From Patescibacteria group bacterium (GTDB taxonomy: Bacteria > Patescibacteriota > Minisyncoccia > Phycocordibacterales > PALSA-1337), in the NCBI GenBank assembly GCA_018970245.1, contig JAGWWT010000001.1, positions 17,548 through 81,547 of the forward strand: DNA of 64,000 nucleotides, in the 5' to 3' direction. Both the position numbers and the translations under genes were made by a program. Of this stretch, positions 20,089 to 29,474 are shown piece by piece. Under the pieces are notes generated by a model. The model made no database searches and was not told where the DNA came from. It was given only the letters and a program-made list of their open reading frames with translations. Within the stretch, counting starts at the first letter, position 1. Each line of letters begins with the position of its first letter.

Positions 20089-20173
20089 GCCGAGCAATCC
20101 ACAGCCCGGCTGTATAGACTGGCGTTTTCAGGCTATAATTGGCGCAAGCTTTATAAGATCGATCATAAATCAC

Positions 20174-20563
20174 ATGAAAAAAATCATCTCGCTTTTAGCG
20201 GTGCTCGCCCCGTCCGTAGCCTTGGCTCAGACTGCACCAGTGACTGACGTCAACTCTCTGAGCTCGAAGATCATCGGCATAGGCAACGTAGTCACCTACA
20301 TCCTGGTCGCTTTCGCGGTCATCTACATCGTCTGGATGGTCATCCAGGCCATCTTGAAGTCTGGCTCGGAAGACGCAAGCAAATACCGCATGAATGTCAT
20401 CTGGGGCATCGTCGGCCTATTCATCATCGTCTCCATCTGGGGCTTGGTGAACATCGTGGCCAATACCTTCAGGACGACGCCGACCACTCAGTCCATCCCT
20501 AACTTCGGACAGAATACTCAGAACGGAGGCATCCCGGCCAACCAGATCCCGCAGGTTCAGTAG
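20174..20563 (+). CDS. VirB2-like pilin
   Basis: Signal peptide; WGIVGLFIIVSIWGLVN. Confidence 0.75.
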   Translation: MKKIISLLAVLAPSVALAQTAPVTDVNSLSSKIIGIGNVVTYILVAFAVIYIVWMVIQAILKSGSEDASKYRMNVIWGIVGLFIIVSIWGLVNIVANTFRTTPTTQSIPNFGQNTQNGGIPANQIPQVQ

Positions 20564-20586
20564 GCCTGTCCGCGCGATCATCGCCG

Positions 20587-20880
20587 ATGAACTTCTCAGC
20601 TCTCATACCTGAGGCATACGCCAGCGTCGACATGACAGCTTTCGGCAACGTCGTCGATCCGATCATCACCAACGTCGTCTATCCGGTCCTCGAGCTACTG
20701 TTCGGACTGGCGATCTTGATCTTCGTCTGGGGAGTCCTCCAGCTGGTCTTAGGTGGGGATGACGAGGAAAAGAGGGAACGTGGCAAGAGCACCATCAAGT
20801 GGGGAACTGTCGGGCTCTTCATAATGGTCTCGGCCTGGGGCATCATCTATCTCGTATCGAATACGGTCAAAACGCTGTAA
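20587..20880 (+). CDS. VirB2-like pilin
   Basis: FVWG......GK..I.WG.VGLFIMVSAWGI. Confidence 0.75.
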   Translation: MNFSALIPEAYASVDMTAFGNVVDPIITNVVYPVLELLFGLAILIFVWGVLQLVLGGDDEEKRERGKSTIKWGTVGLFIMVSAWGIIYLVSNTVKTL

Positions 20881-20982
20881 GAACGCCAGTAAATCCGCCG
20901 CGATGCGCCGACGCGCGCGGCCCATATAAAAGAAAGCAAGCCGCATAGGATTTCTCCCTTGCGGCTTGTCTGATTTTCTCTG

Positions 20983-21501
20983 TCAAGAACTAGGTTGTTC
21001 GAAGTGGAACACGAATGGGCAGCTTTGGACTGCCTGTCCGGGGGTGACTCTGTAGTCGATCCCCGTGAGCTCCGTGTTCCCTGATCTGCTCTGGAAGTGG
21101 ATGAATACAGGCCTGAGCGCGTCTACAGGCTGCATATCCCTCACTTCGCAGATGCCGTTGCTGTAGCGTGCCCGGACTTGCCACCGGACACCTCTGCCTG
21201 CGTTGACGTTCGGGTTGCCCCATATATTCAGACGCAAGTTTAGCTCGTTCGGATCATACCAGACAGTCCCGACGGTTACCGTTTTGATCGAGGGAACCAT
21301 GGTCGACGCGACCGACGCCGCTGCAGCGGGGCTAGATGCTTTCGCATTAGCTATCGCCGCCGATGCGTGGAGGATCACCCCCACGATGACGATTATTCCA
21401 AAACCGACTCCCGCGACCCACAACAATCTTTTCTGCGTTGCTGTCATAATCTCTATCCCTTCTTTAAGATTTTTTTTGTTGATTTCCGCCTCCGCCGACA
21501 T
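20983..21501 (-). CDS. Hypothetical membrane-anchored protein
   Basis: N-terminal TM helix; overlaps the SPFH gene end; true start may be the downstream MTATQ. Confidence 0.6.
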   Translation of the reverse strand: MSAEAEINKKNLKEGIEIMTATQKRLLWVAGVGFGIIVIVGVILHASAAIANAKASSPAAAASVASTMVPSIKTVTVGTVWYDPNELNLRLNIWGNPNVNAGRGVRWQVRARYSNGICEVRDMQPVDALRPVFIHFQSRSGNTELTGIDYRVTPGQAVQSCPFVFHFEQPSS

Positions 21502-22438
21502 TCACGTTGGCATTGGGGAATACTACTGTTCCGACTCGTGACTGGCCTCCGGTCAGGATCTCAAAACGGTTGTCTTTGCCGTCGCGGATCCGTCGAAGGG
21601 TATTGACCCTGTCCAAGGATTCATCCATTGAGAGGATCTCGCCCCTAGCTTCAGCCGCTGCTTTCAGCTCTTTCGCAGCTTCCAGGTCGGATCGATACTC
21701 GATGATCCTAGCCTCTTTCTGCGTATAGCTGTCGAGGACATCGTCTGGCAAGGAGAACGTGAGCTGGACTCGGTCGATCTCTATACCGAATGTCCTCTCT
21801 TTGAAAAGGTCAGCCCGCAACTTGCGGGTGCCATCGTTCTTCTCGGAGATCGCGTCTTCGACGCAATCTGACAGCTCCTGGCTTCGCTGCATTATGGAGT
21901 TGGCCATCCGAGTCCGAGTGAAGCGGCGAGCGACATTGTCGACTACGCCCTCCATCTCTTCCTGGATGTATTTCCAGCGAGTCGTGTGATCTTTTCCGTT
22001 GCTGACATATATGTCAGTTTCGTTCCTGTCCACACGAGCTCTGATACGCACCCTCCCTTCTAGAGGGATCTTGTCTTTCGACAGGATGGTCACCGGGAAT
22101 TCCATCTCTACCCAGGTGTATTCGATGCTGATGCTCGAGATCCATATGAGAGGCCAATTGCACAGGAAGACGGTGCCGTTCACCGTCGGCGTTTTCCCGC
22201 GTGATTTGTAGATCCTGTCTCTCACCGTGATCGCGCCTATGGTAGGTGGATCAGCGGGGAAGGTTTTGTACCCTGTGACCAGAATCGTCAAGCCGAGCGC
22301 TATCATAGCCAGGCCGACGATGAGATGTATCCAGCTCGGGCCCAAGAATACGAACACCAGGCCCAAGGAGATCAGGAATAGGATGGCCAGCATTATCATA
22401 CCGGTCACCAAATTGCTGAATATTCCAGAATCTTTCAT
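21464..22438 (-). CDS. SPFH/Band-7-like membrane protein
   Basis: Two N-terminal TMs, ILSKD.I, FGIEI.RV, C-terminal helical region. Confidence 0.6.
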   Translation of the reverse strand: MKDSGIFSNLVTGMIMLAILFLISLGLVFVFLGPSWIHLIVGLAMIALGLTILVTGYKTFPADPPTIGAITVRDRIYKSRGKTPTVNGTVFLCNWPLIWISSISIEYTWVEMEFPVTILSKDKIPLEGRVRIRARVDRNETDIYVSNGKDHTTRWKYIQEEMEGVVDNVARRFTRTRMANSIMQRSQELSDCVEDAISEKNDGTRKLRADLFKERTFGIEIDRVQLTFSLPDDVLDSYTQKEARIIEYRSDLEAAKELKAAAEARGEILSMDESLDRVNTLRRIRDGKDNRFEILTGGQSRVGTVVFPNANVNVGGGGNQQKKS

Positions 22439-22639
22439 TTTATCCTTTTGTTGGGATGCCCCGTTCAGGGCGTCGGTTTATTGTTGAAATTGACAACGTG
22501 CAATCATTCGAATCCACGTCTACATTAATTATAGCACAATACACAGTAACGGTCAATAGTCATAATATGGCTATAAGCATGGAAAAGAAAGGGTCCCGAC
22601 CGACTCATTCGAGCCGATCGGGACCTTGAAGTTACAGAG

Positions 22640-23671
22640 CTAACGACGGTGGTAACGACCGCAGCCGTACCCGTACCTGTGTCCGATACAGGAACCATAC
22701 GGGTTAGCGCGACAGTAGCCACGGTTGCCATATCCGTAGCCATAGCCGTAACATGGACCACCTACACAGACGCTCACGCCAGCGTACCCTGGATAGAAGC
22801 TGCCACTATATCCAGGATAATACGTCGGTGCCTGGACGTAAGTCGGCGGCGGAACGAGGGGCGGCGTGACTACTTGTGGCGGTGCTGCTGGTGGCGGTGC
22901 GACCGTTACGGGCGGGGCAGTTGGAACTGTCGCCTGCGGCGGCGCGACCGTATTCGTCAGCACCGATTGAGACGGCGCATAGATCGGCGGCGGCGGGATC
23001 ATGACTGCCGGCGGCGCGACCGTCTTGTTCGTTGACCCGAAGTTGTTGATGATCAACGGACTGTTGATCACGTTCGAGCCTACGATCGTCACCGACTGGT
23101 TGACGCTCAGGCCACCGACGTTGACGCCGGAATCCTGAACCAACCCGCTCGGCACCTCGACCTCTTCGGTCGGAGTGGGCATCGTGGTCTTCACATGCTC
23201 CGGTCCGGAAGTCACCTTCACAGAGCGATTCAGCGAAGCCGTGCCGCTCGCTTTCCGCGCCGCTAGCGTGACAGAAGCATAAATGCCCCAACCGATCAAC
23301 CCGACGACGACTAGCGCCAGAAGAACCATCGCTGCCTTCTCGTAGTCCTTCAAACCAGTCTTCGTGGGCACGGAAGTGGCCGACGTCGTCGCTGCCGTAG
23401 ACGACCGACCGCCGGCTCGCGTCGTTACGCGAGTAGTACGGGTAGTCGTTTTCGTCACAGCGGGAGCCGGTTTCGCGGCCTTAGCCGCTGGAGCCGGTTT
23501 TGTGGCCTTAGCGGCGGCCGGAGCCGCCTTAGGCTTTGCCGCTTTCGGAGCGGCTGCCGGTGCCGGCTTCGAAGCCGGAGCTGTACCGCCAGCGGCTGGC
23601 GCCGGAGGCGGGGGGAGTGCTGCTGTCGGGGGAGGCGTGAAACCGCCTGCCGCTGCATTTTTCTTTGCCAT
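22640..23671 (-). CDS. Low-complexity membrane protein (Ala/Lys/Pro N-terminus, TM, Pro-rich linker, Gly/Tyr/Cys tail)
   Basis: SD-like GAGG before MAKKN; terminator hairpin at about 22590-22628. Confidence 0.7.
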   Translation of the reverse strand: MAKKNAAAGGFTPPPTAALPPPPAPAAGGTAPASKPAPAAAPKAAKPKAAPAAAKATKPAPAAKAAKPAPAVTKTTTRTTRVTTRAGGRSSTAATTSATSVPTKTGLKDYEKAAMVLLALVVVGLIGWGIYASVTLAARKASGTASLNRSVKVTSGPEHVKTTMPTPTEEVEVPSGLVQDSGVNVGGLSVNQSVTIVGSNVINSPLIINNFGSTNKTVAPPAVMIPPPPIYAPSQSVLTNTVAPPQATVPTAPPVTVAPPPAAPPQVVTPPLVPPPTYVQAPTYYPGYSGSFYPGYAGVSVCVGGPCYGYGYGYGNRGYCRANPYGSCIGHRYGYGCGRYHRR

Positions 23672-23951
23672 AGTTTTCCTCTTTCTTGTTGCGGTTTGTC
23701 TATTTGTTGCGGTTTCAGGCACAAGCCCTAACCATGTTTATTTTCAAATTCCTGACTGGCATATTACAACAGATTGTCAGTCCAGGGCCATTATAGCACA
23801 ATTACGTTAATTGTCAATAGATAACTTGACATGGAGCTTGAAAATGCTATAATTGGCGCCGGCTAGATGTTCTTCAAAATGTGAATAAGAACGGAAGGCT
23901 ATCGGCACTCTAACTAGGGTTTACAGACCCACAAAAACAGAAAGGCTATCA

Positions 23952-25544
23952 ATGAAAGCAAAGGAAAGCAGGTCCGCGGAAGGAACGGCAGCGGCGATCG
24001 GCACGGTGGTCATCAGCAAAGTCTTAAGGTTCCTGATCCATATGCGCCCGCATCTGGACGAGATCCTAGGTCGCCTGTTGGTCGTCCTTTACGGGAAGCG
24101 ACAGTTCGTGGACGCTGAGCACGCTCAGGTGCTGTTCGTGGAAGGCGATCCTGCCGGAAATGACGCGACATTTGATCGCGACGGCGACATCCCGATCGGC
24201 ATCTCCAACTCTCGTTTCAACGAGCATGTAGGTCCTGAAGGTCGTATGGAAGAAGAATGTGCCTCGACGCTAGTCGCCAAATTTCTTCATGTCGAAGAGA
24301 ATGAGGAGCTCACGGATCTTCTGGCGAGCACCCTTTTCTACGACACGCATGGCGAATGCCCGAACACTCACATCGCCGAGATGATCAAGGCTGCGACCCG
24401 AGTCGATCCTGACTCCAGCCTCAAGATCATGAATCGCGCTACCACGATGCTGGAAGCGATGATCGTCCGCAAGAAATACGGCATCGCAGCCATATCCGGC
24501 GAAATGACATTGGCCGAGATATTCAAGGCCTGGAAGGACAAGCAGTCCGACGAGATCGCGGCTAATCCGGATGCCTTTGCGCACCTGGAGCGGTCGATCG
24601 AAAAGAGCATGGCGCGGTCCGAAGAGGTCTGCGAGCTCTCCTACATCGTGACGAGCTTGTTCAGGCGCCAGTTCTACACAGACGACCAGATCCTCGATAT
24701 GATCTTCGAGACCCTGGATGATATGTGGTATGACCAGCGGCGATTCTGGGCGAAGCTAGAGGAGATCAGGGAGGAGGACCGGTTCATACCGATCCAAGCC
24801 CTTCTGAAGTCCGGATTCGGCGGCGATGAAAAGGAAGCGACGCTGAAGCTGTACGCATGCTATGACGATGACATGCTGACCCAAAAGGCAGCCCGCTTCG
24901 CTGGCGCTGATATCGTCGTGCAGGTATCATCGTCATATAACGTGCAGATCTTCACCAAGAGCAGGCCTGGCTTGAGCCTGGCCAATCCGGTGAAAATGAT
25001 CCGTTGGATGGAGCTGCCATTCGAGCTGAGGGATAAGGTGAGCTGGCAAGAGCTCTCTATGCCCGGGACTATCAGAGGCGTCGAGCACTGGTATTACTTC
25101 CGCAAGGGGCAGATGTTCTTCAATGGCAGCCTGACCAAGAGGGCTCGGCCAGCTCTGGGTCCGGGACGCATGTCGCTTCAGGCGATCGTCGAGGTCTGTC
25201 AGCATGCATTCCACCCAGACGGAGTCAGGCTCTGGTGCCGGAAGCGGGGTATCGCCATGAACGGCAAGCCTCGCTGGAACAGGCTGATCGCCAAGCCGCG
25301 CAACGGCCGCGATCAGAGGCCTGTAAAGCACGCAGAACAACCGGCTGCCGCATCGAAAGGCGCGGTCCAAGCAGGCGATGACATGCAGAGCGCGTTCGCC
25401 AAGGCCGAAAAAGCCATAGAAGAAGCCAAAAAGCCCATTGTCAGCTCAAAAAGCGTGACGAAGCGGGCCGCTTCTTCCAAAAAGCCGAAAAGCAAAACCG
25501 GGCGTAAGCCGAGCAAAAAAGCGGCAGAAGCCCAAAAAAGCTGA
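23952..25544 (+). CDS. Hypothetical protein, possibly MYG1/DHH-like hydrolase, with a Lys-rich tail
   Basis: H..PHLDE, FNEH, CAS.LV and WYY...MFFNGS motifs; own promoter and terminator. Confidence 0.6.
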   Translation: MKAKESRSAEGTAAAIGTVVISKVLRFLIHMRPHLDEILGRLLVVLYGKRQFVDAEHAQVLFVEGDPAGNDATFDRDGDIPIGISNSRFNEHVGPEGRMEEECASTLVAKFLHVEENEELTDLLASTLFYDTHGECPNTHIAEMIKAATRVDPDSSLKIMNRATTMLEAMIVRKKYGIAAISGEMTLAEIFKAWKDKQSDEIAANPDAFAHLERSIEKSMARSEEVCELSYIVTSLFRRQFYTDDQILDMIFETLDDMWYDQRRFWAKLEEIREEDRFIPIQALLKSGFGGDEKEATLKLYACYDDDMLTQKAARFAGADIVVQVSSSYNVQIFTKSRPGLSLANPVKMIRWMELPFELRDKVSWQELSMPGTIRGVEHWYYFRKGQMFFNGSLTKRARPALGPGRMSLQAIVEVCQHAFHPDGVRLWCRKRGIAMNGKPRWNRLIAKPRNGRDQRPVKHAEQPAAASKGAVQAGDDMQSAFAKAEKAIEEAKKPIVSSKSVTKRAASSKKPKSKTGRKPSKKAAEAQKS

Positions 25545-25562
25545 ATAAGCTCTTATTCACAA

Positions 25563-25596
25563 AAGGGTCTCCTGAAAAGGAGGCCTTTTTCTTTTG
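25563..25596 (+). terminator. Intrinsic terminator
   Basis: AAGGGTCTCCT-GAAA-AGGAGGCCTT followed by a T-run. Confidence 0.7.
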
Positions 25597-25684
25597 AAGG
25601 AAGATGACTATCTTATTCTCAGTTGTGGAGGATCAAATAAAATAGCCGTCCAATAGAGTGGACGGCGTCGCTGATTTCTCGGAT

Positions 25685-26668
25685 TCATTTTAGGGATTTG
25701 GTCCCGTTCCGGACCTTTCTTTTGGAGACGGGCAGAATTTTCCTTTTCGTCGTTATCGCGTCGGATTGACCGCTTCTATTCCGGACAGCGCCTCGACGAA
25801 AGGTTTTACGGCCATTGCTCCTTGCCGACGCTACGAGATGCTGGGCTTTGAGGAAGTCGAGATCTTTAAGCGGCCCAGACATGGCTTCGCGTAGCTCGAT
25901 CAGGCATGCCCTCGTGCTGTCATGGAATGACTGGCGGAGCTCGTCGAGCTCTCGCGATGCGCGCTCTTGGATTTCCGCGATCGTACGCTCGGCGTCATGC
26001 TCCTTGTCGGAAAGGCGGTCGGATGCCTCTCCAAGCTTCGCTCGATAGGCGGCGATCATAGCCTCGATGCTCTCGGAATGAGACCGTATCGAGGACATCA
26101 GGCTGCCGGCCTTCGAGACGGATTCTTGCAAGAATGCGAGCTGGCGGGCGATCCTGGCCTCGCAGTCTTCCGCCGAGCGCGCGGCGAGAGCGATCTTGTC
26201 CAATCTCTCCGACTGAGCCGTGATCGCCTTGTCGGTGTCCCGGACTCTGTCGCCGAGCTTCTCCACCAGCTCGAGCGCGGACTCGAATCTGCGGAGATTG
26301 GCGTTCCTAGCCTGCTCCTCAGAGAGGCAGAACGTCGCGGAGCGCCTCTTCGTGTCGTCCACGAACTCGCCGTGGACAGGGGAGCATGACAGCCGGTAAT
26401 TTCCAGCCGCGAAGATCGCGCCGGGCCGGTATCTGAGGATGAAAAGGGAGATCTCGATGAAATCCCCGACAGGCGCGCGTCTGACTTTCTGGAGCGGCGC
26501 GACCGTCTCAGATGTGTCCACCCTGACGATGGAGATGTTATGCCATTCGCTGCCGTTCTTTCCCATCTTCAAGGAAAGATGATCGGCGTCGACCTCCATA
26601 GGGATCAGCCGGCCGTTGTTGTGAGGCTTATCATAAGAGATCATAGGTCCTCCGTTTTGCGGTTCCAT
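25685..26668 (-). CDS. Hypothetical coiled-coil protein
   Basis: 327-aa ORF with a long heptad-like helical region. Confidence 0.6.
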   Translation of the reverse strand: MEPQNGGPMISYDKPHNNGRLIPMEVDADHLSLKMGKNGSEWHNISIVRVDTSETVAPLQKVRRAPVGDFIEISLFILRYRPGAIFAAGNYRLSCSPVHGEFVDDTKRRSATFCLSEEQARNANLRRFESALELVEKLGDRVRDTDKAITAQSERLDKIALAARSAEDCEARIARQLAFLQESVSKAGSLMSSIRSHSESIEAMIAAYRAKLGEASDRLSDKEHDAERTIAEIQERASRELDELRQSFHDSTRACLIELREAMSGPLKDLDFLKAQHLVASARSNGRKTFRRGAVRNRSGQSDAITTKRKILPVSKRKVRNGTKSLK

Positions 26669-26802
26669 TCGACTCTATTCGATTTTCATTGTGAGCGGAC
26701 CGAGAACGGTCCTATTCCAGGCCGATTCTGCCATAAAAAGCGCTATAAAGTCAACTGACGCCGGTGATGCTAGTCTGATGCTGGCTTGAGCCGATCTTTC
26801 TG

Positions 26803-26885
26803 TGCCGGGGAGAGGAATCGAACCTCCATGGATTGCTCCACATGCTCCTAAGGCATGCGCGTCTAGCCAATTTCGCCACCCCGGC
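26803..26885 (-). tRNA. tRNA-Leu(TAG)
   Basis: GCCGGGG acceptor stem, CATGC-CTTAGGA-GCATG anticodon arm, long variable arm, GGTTCGATTCC; CCA not encoded. Confidence 0.95.
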
Positions 26886-26892
26886 GAATCAA

Positions 26893-26962
26893 TCAAAAGT
26901 CCGTAAAGCCTTAAAGTCCGTAATGAAGACATTATGGGCTTTATGGGCTTTTTGACTTTTGA
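26893..26962. repeat. Nonamer-repeat hairpin between the two tRNAs
   Basis: TCAAAAGTCCGTAAAGCCTTAAAGTCCGTAATG / CATTATGGGCTTTATGGGCTTTTTGACTTTTGA. Confidence 0.75.
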
Positions 26963-26971
26963 CTATCATTG

Positions 26972-27044
26972 TCCGCCCAGTTGGATTCGAACCAACGACC
27001 AATCGCTTAAGAGGCGAGTGCTCTACCAGCTGAGCTATGGGCGG
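26972..27044 (-). tRNA. tRNA-Lys(CTT)
   Basis: CCGCCCA/TGGGCGG acceptor stem, TAGCTCAG.TGGTAGAGC D-arm, CT-CTT-AA loop, GGTTCGAATCC. Confidence 0.93.
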
Positions 27045-27131
27045 AAGCGACGAGCGCACAAAAATATAACAGAAAAAAGTTATCTAGACAAATAGGTTGC
27101 ACGATATAGAAAAATATGTAATATTATCGCC

Positions 27132-27356
27132 ATGGTAAACCGAATGCGTTCGACAAGGTCCCACACCGGCAACCGCCGGTCGCACCACGCCCTCGATGCG
27201 GCGCGCTTTTCGAAGTGCAGCAATTGCGGCGCGATGCACCAGGCCCACAGGGTCTGCATGAATTGCGGCTCATATAACGGCAAGAAGGTCATCGACCTTG
27301 CCACCAAGGCCGCGCGCAAGGCCGCGAAAGCCAAGAAGGCCGAGAACGTCAGATAG
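27132..27356 (+). CDS. rpmF: 50S ribosomal protein L32
   Basis: RRSHHAL, CxxC...HRVCxxCG.Y. Confidence 0.95.
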   Translation: MVNRMRSTRSHTGNRRSHHALDAARFSKCSNCGAMHQAHRVCMNCGSYNGKKVIDLATKAARKAAKAKKAENVR

Positions 27357-27368
27357 TTTGCCAGCAGA

Positions 27369-27447
27369 GGAGATTTAAGATTTAAGAATTAAGATTTAAG
27401 GAGCCGGGCAGCAGGCTTAAATCGTAGATCCTAAGTCGTAGATCTTC
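27369..27447 (+). repeat. Heptamer-repeat (AAGATTT) hairpin containing no gene
   Basis: 32-nt arms 27369-27400 and 27416-27447; pairing includes several G-U wobbles and periodic mismatches. Confidence 0.85.
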
Positions 27448-27491
27448 GCATTAGCACTAGAAAGCCAGCACTAGAAAGCTCTTTCATCGAA

Positions 27492-28394
27492 ATGGCCAAT
27501 AGGCACCTATCAAGATCCGTCGTATTGCAATCCCTCTTCGAGTGGGATTTCCGAGGCCGCAACGACAAGGAATCTCCCGAGATAATCTCCCGCAACGTCA
27601 AGGAGTTCGCGCCAGGCATGGCCGATACGTCTTTTATCGACCTTCTCATGAAGGGCATCATGGCCAAGAAGGCCGACCTCGACCAGATCATAGAGAAGGC
27701 CGCCCCGGATTGGCCTATAGACAAGATCTCTCCCGTCGACCGCAACATCCTCCGCCTAGGCCTCTACGAGCTCATATTCGCCGACCGCTCGGAAGTGCCG
27801 GCCAAGGTAGCGATCAACGAGGCCATCGAGCTCGCCAAGACCTTCGGCGGCGAGACATCCGGCCGATTCGTGAACGGCGTCCTCGGCGCCGTATACAAGG
27901 AGCTCGGCGAGCCAGGCAAGGAAGCGGCTCCGGCCAAGAAGAAGAAACCCGCCGAGGTGCCTTACGAGCAGATGCCCATACAGCATCTCGGAGGCGCTGT
28001 TGTGTACGCCAAGAACGAAAAGGACATCTATCTGGCCTTCGTCCATGACATCTTCGGGCACTGGACCCTTTCCAAGGGCAAGATCCCAGAGGGCATCGCG
28101 CCTGACCAGGGCACTATCAACAAAGTAAAAGAAGAGATAGGCCTGGATGTCTCGATCAAGTCCGATCTCGGCACGAATGAATACATCGCCAACGATCCGG
28201 AGATAGGGAAGATCAGGAAGCAAGTCCATTACTATTTGGCGGAGTCCTCATTCACGGACCTCCACCTGGCCAAGAAGCCCGGGCTCGACGACGCCAAGTG
28301 GTTCAAGCTGGCCGATATCTTAGAGCTCAATTTCTATAATGACATCCTGCCCATAGTCACGAAAGCCGTCACGATGCTCGCGCAAGAGAAATGA
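27492..28394 (+). CDS. nusB: Transcription antitermination factor NusB fused to a C-terminal Nudix-like domain
   Basis: W.IDKI..VDRNILRLG.YE, VAINEAIELAK.FG, FVNGVL; tail WTLSKGK...KEEIGL. Confidence 0.92.
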   Translation: MANRHLSRSVVLQSLFEWDFRGRNDKESPEIISRNVKEFAPGMADTSFIDLLMKGIMAKKADLDQIIEKAAPDWPIDKISPVDRNILRLGLYELIFADRSEVPAKVAINEAIELAKTFGGETSGRFVNGVLGAVYKELGEPGKEAAPAKKKKPAEVPYEQMPIQHLGGAVVYAKNEKDIYLAFVHDIFGHWTLSKGKIPEGIAPDQGTINKVKEEIGLDVSIKSDLGTNEYIANDPEIGKIRKQVHYYLAESSFTDLHLAKKPGLDDAKWFKLADILELNFYNDILPIVTKAVTMLAQEK

Positions 28395-29089
28395 AGCCTG
28401 ACCTCGAAAGCCTAGCCAAAAGCTTGGGCGTCCGGTTCAAGGACATCTCCATCCTACGGACAGCCTGCACCCACCGATCCTACCTGAACGAGAACAAGGG
28501 GGCCGGTTTCGAGCACAACGAGCGGCTGGAATTCCTAGGCGATGCCGTCCTAGAGCTGGTCGTCACCAGCTTCCTCTTCAAGAAGTATCCAAAGAAGGCC
28601 GAAGGCGAGCTGACCTCGCTGAGGTCGGCCATTGTGAACACGGTCAGCCTGACCAGAGTGGCCGAGCATATCGGCCTCAATGATTTCCTGCTCCTATCGA
28701 AGGGTGAGCTCCGGGACACCGGCCGCGCTCGCTCGATCATTCTGGCCAACGCCGTCGAAGCCGTGATAGGCGCCATCTACCTCGACCAGGGATATGAGAC
28801 CGCCGGCGGCTTCATATCAGACAAGATCCTCGGGTCTATAGACATCGACGAGATCGCCGCCAAGAAGCTGTGGCTCGACGCCAAGAGCCGATTCCAAGAG
28901 CAGGCGCAGGACAAAGCTGGCAAGACCCCGAGCTACCGCACTCTCCGTGAAGAGGGCCCAGACCATAACAAGCAGTTCACTCTAGGCGTGTTCCTCGGGG
29001 ACGTCCAGGTAGCCTCGGGCACCGGGGCATCGAAACAGGAGGCAGAGCAAAAGGCCGCAGAGAAGGCGCTGGAAGCCAAGGGGTGGTAG
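28391..29089 (+). CDS. rnc: Ribonuclease III
   Basis: HNERLEFLGDAVL signature and dsRBD. Confidence 0.98.
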   Translation: MKPDLESLAKSLGVRFKDISILRTACTHRSYLNENKGAGFEHNERLEFLGDAVLELVVTSFLFKKYPKKAEGELTSLRSAIVNTVSLTRVAEHIGLNDFLLLSKGELRDTGRARSIILANAVEAVIGAIYLDQGYETAGGFISDKILGSIDIDEIAAKKLWLDAKSRFQEQAQDKAGKTPSYRTLREEGPDHNKQFTLGVFLGDVQVASGTGASKQEAEQKAAEKALEAKGW

Positions 29090-29183
29090 GCAGGGAGCCG
29101 GCAGCTGTGGATAAGTCTCTTCCGAGCGCGTGATGGGCGGGGATCGTGGTGGTATAATCTGACCGAATCGTCCTTTCACTATT

Positions 29184-29444
29184 ATGGGTATCAGCCTTTC
29201 GCACGACCTCGCCGTCCTTCTGGCTGCGAGCAGTCATGGGAACAAAGATGCGGCTGCATCTTCTGGGAGCTCGCCAAAGATAGCCCGCGAGCTGGAACAG
29301 GAATACCATCCGCCCTGCCAATTCCGGAGCGGAAAGAAGTGCATGGCATTCGTGCCCCGCTGCGACCAGTGCTCGCACATGGATGAGTCTGCCAAGAAGC
29401 CTTCCCTCTGGGAGGTGCTCCTGGGACTCGATCCGATCAACTGA
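29184..29444 (+). CDS. Small hypothetical protein with four Cys
   Basis: TATAAT at 29153; C..C..CxxC pattern; terminator CCGCC-TATT-GGCGG-T7 follows. Confidence 0.55.
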   Translation: MGISLSHDLAVLLAASSHGNKDAAASSGSSPKIARELEQEYHPPCQFRSGKKCMAFVPRCDQCSHMDESAKKPSLWEVLLGLDPIN

Positions 29445-29474
29445 TAGCTCGCCGCCTATTGGCGGTTTTTTCAT

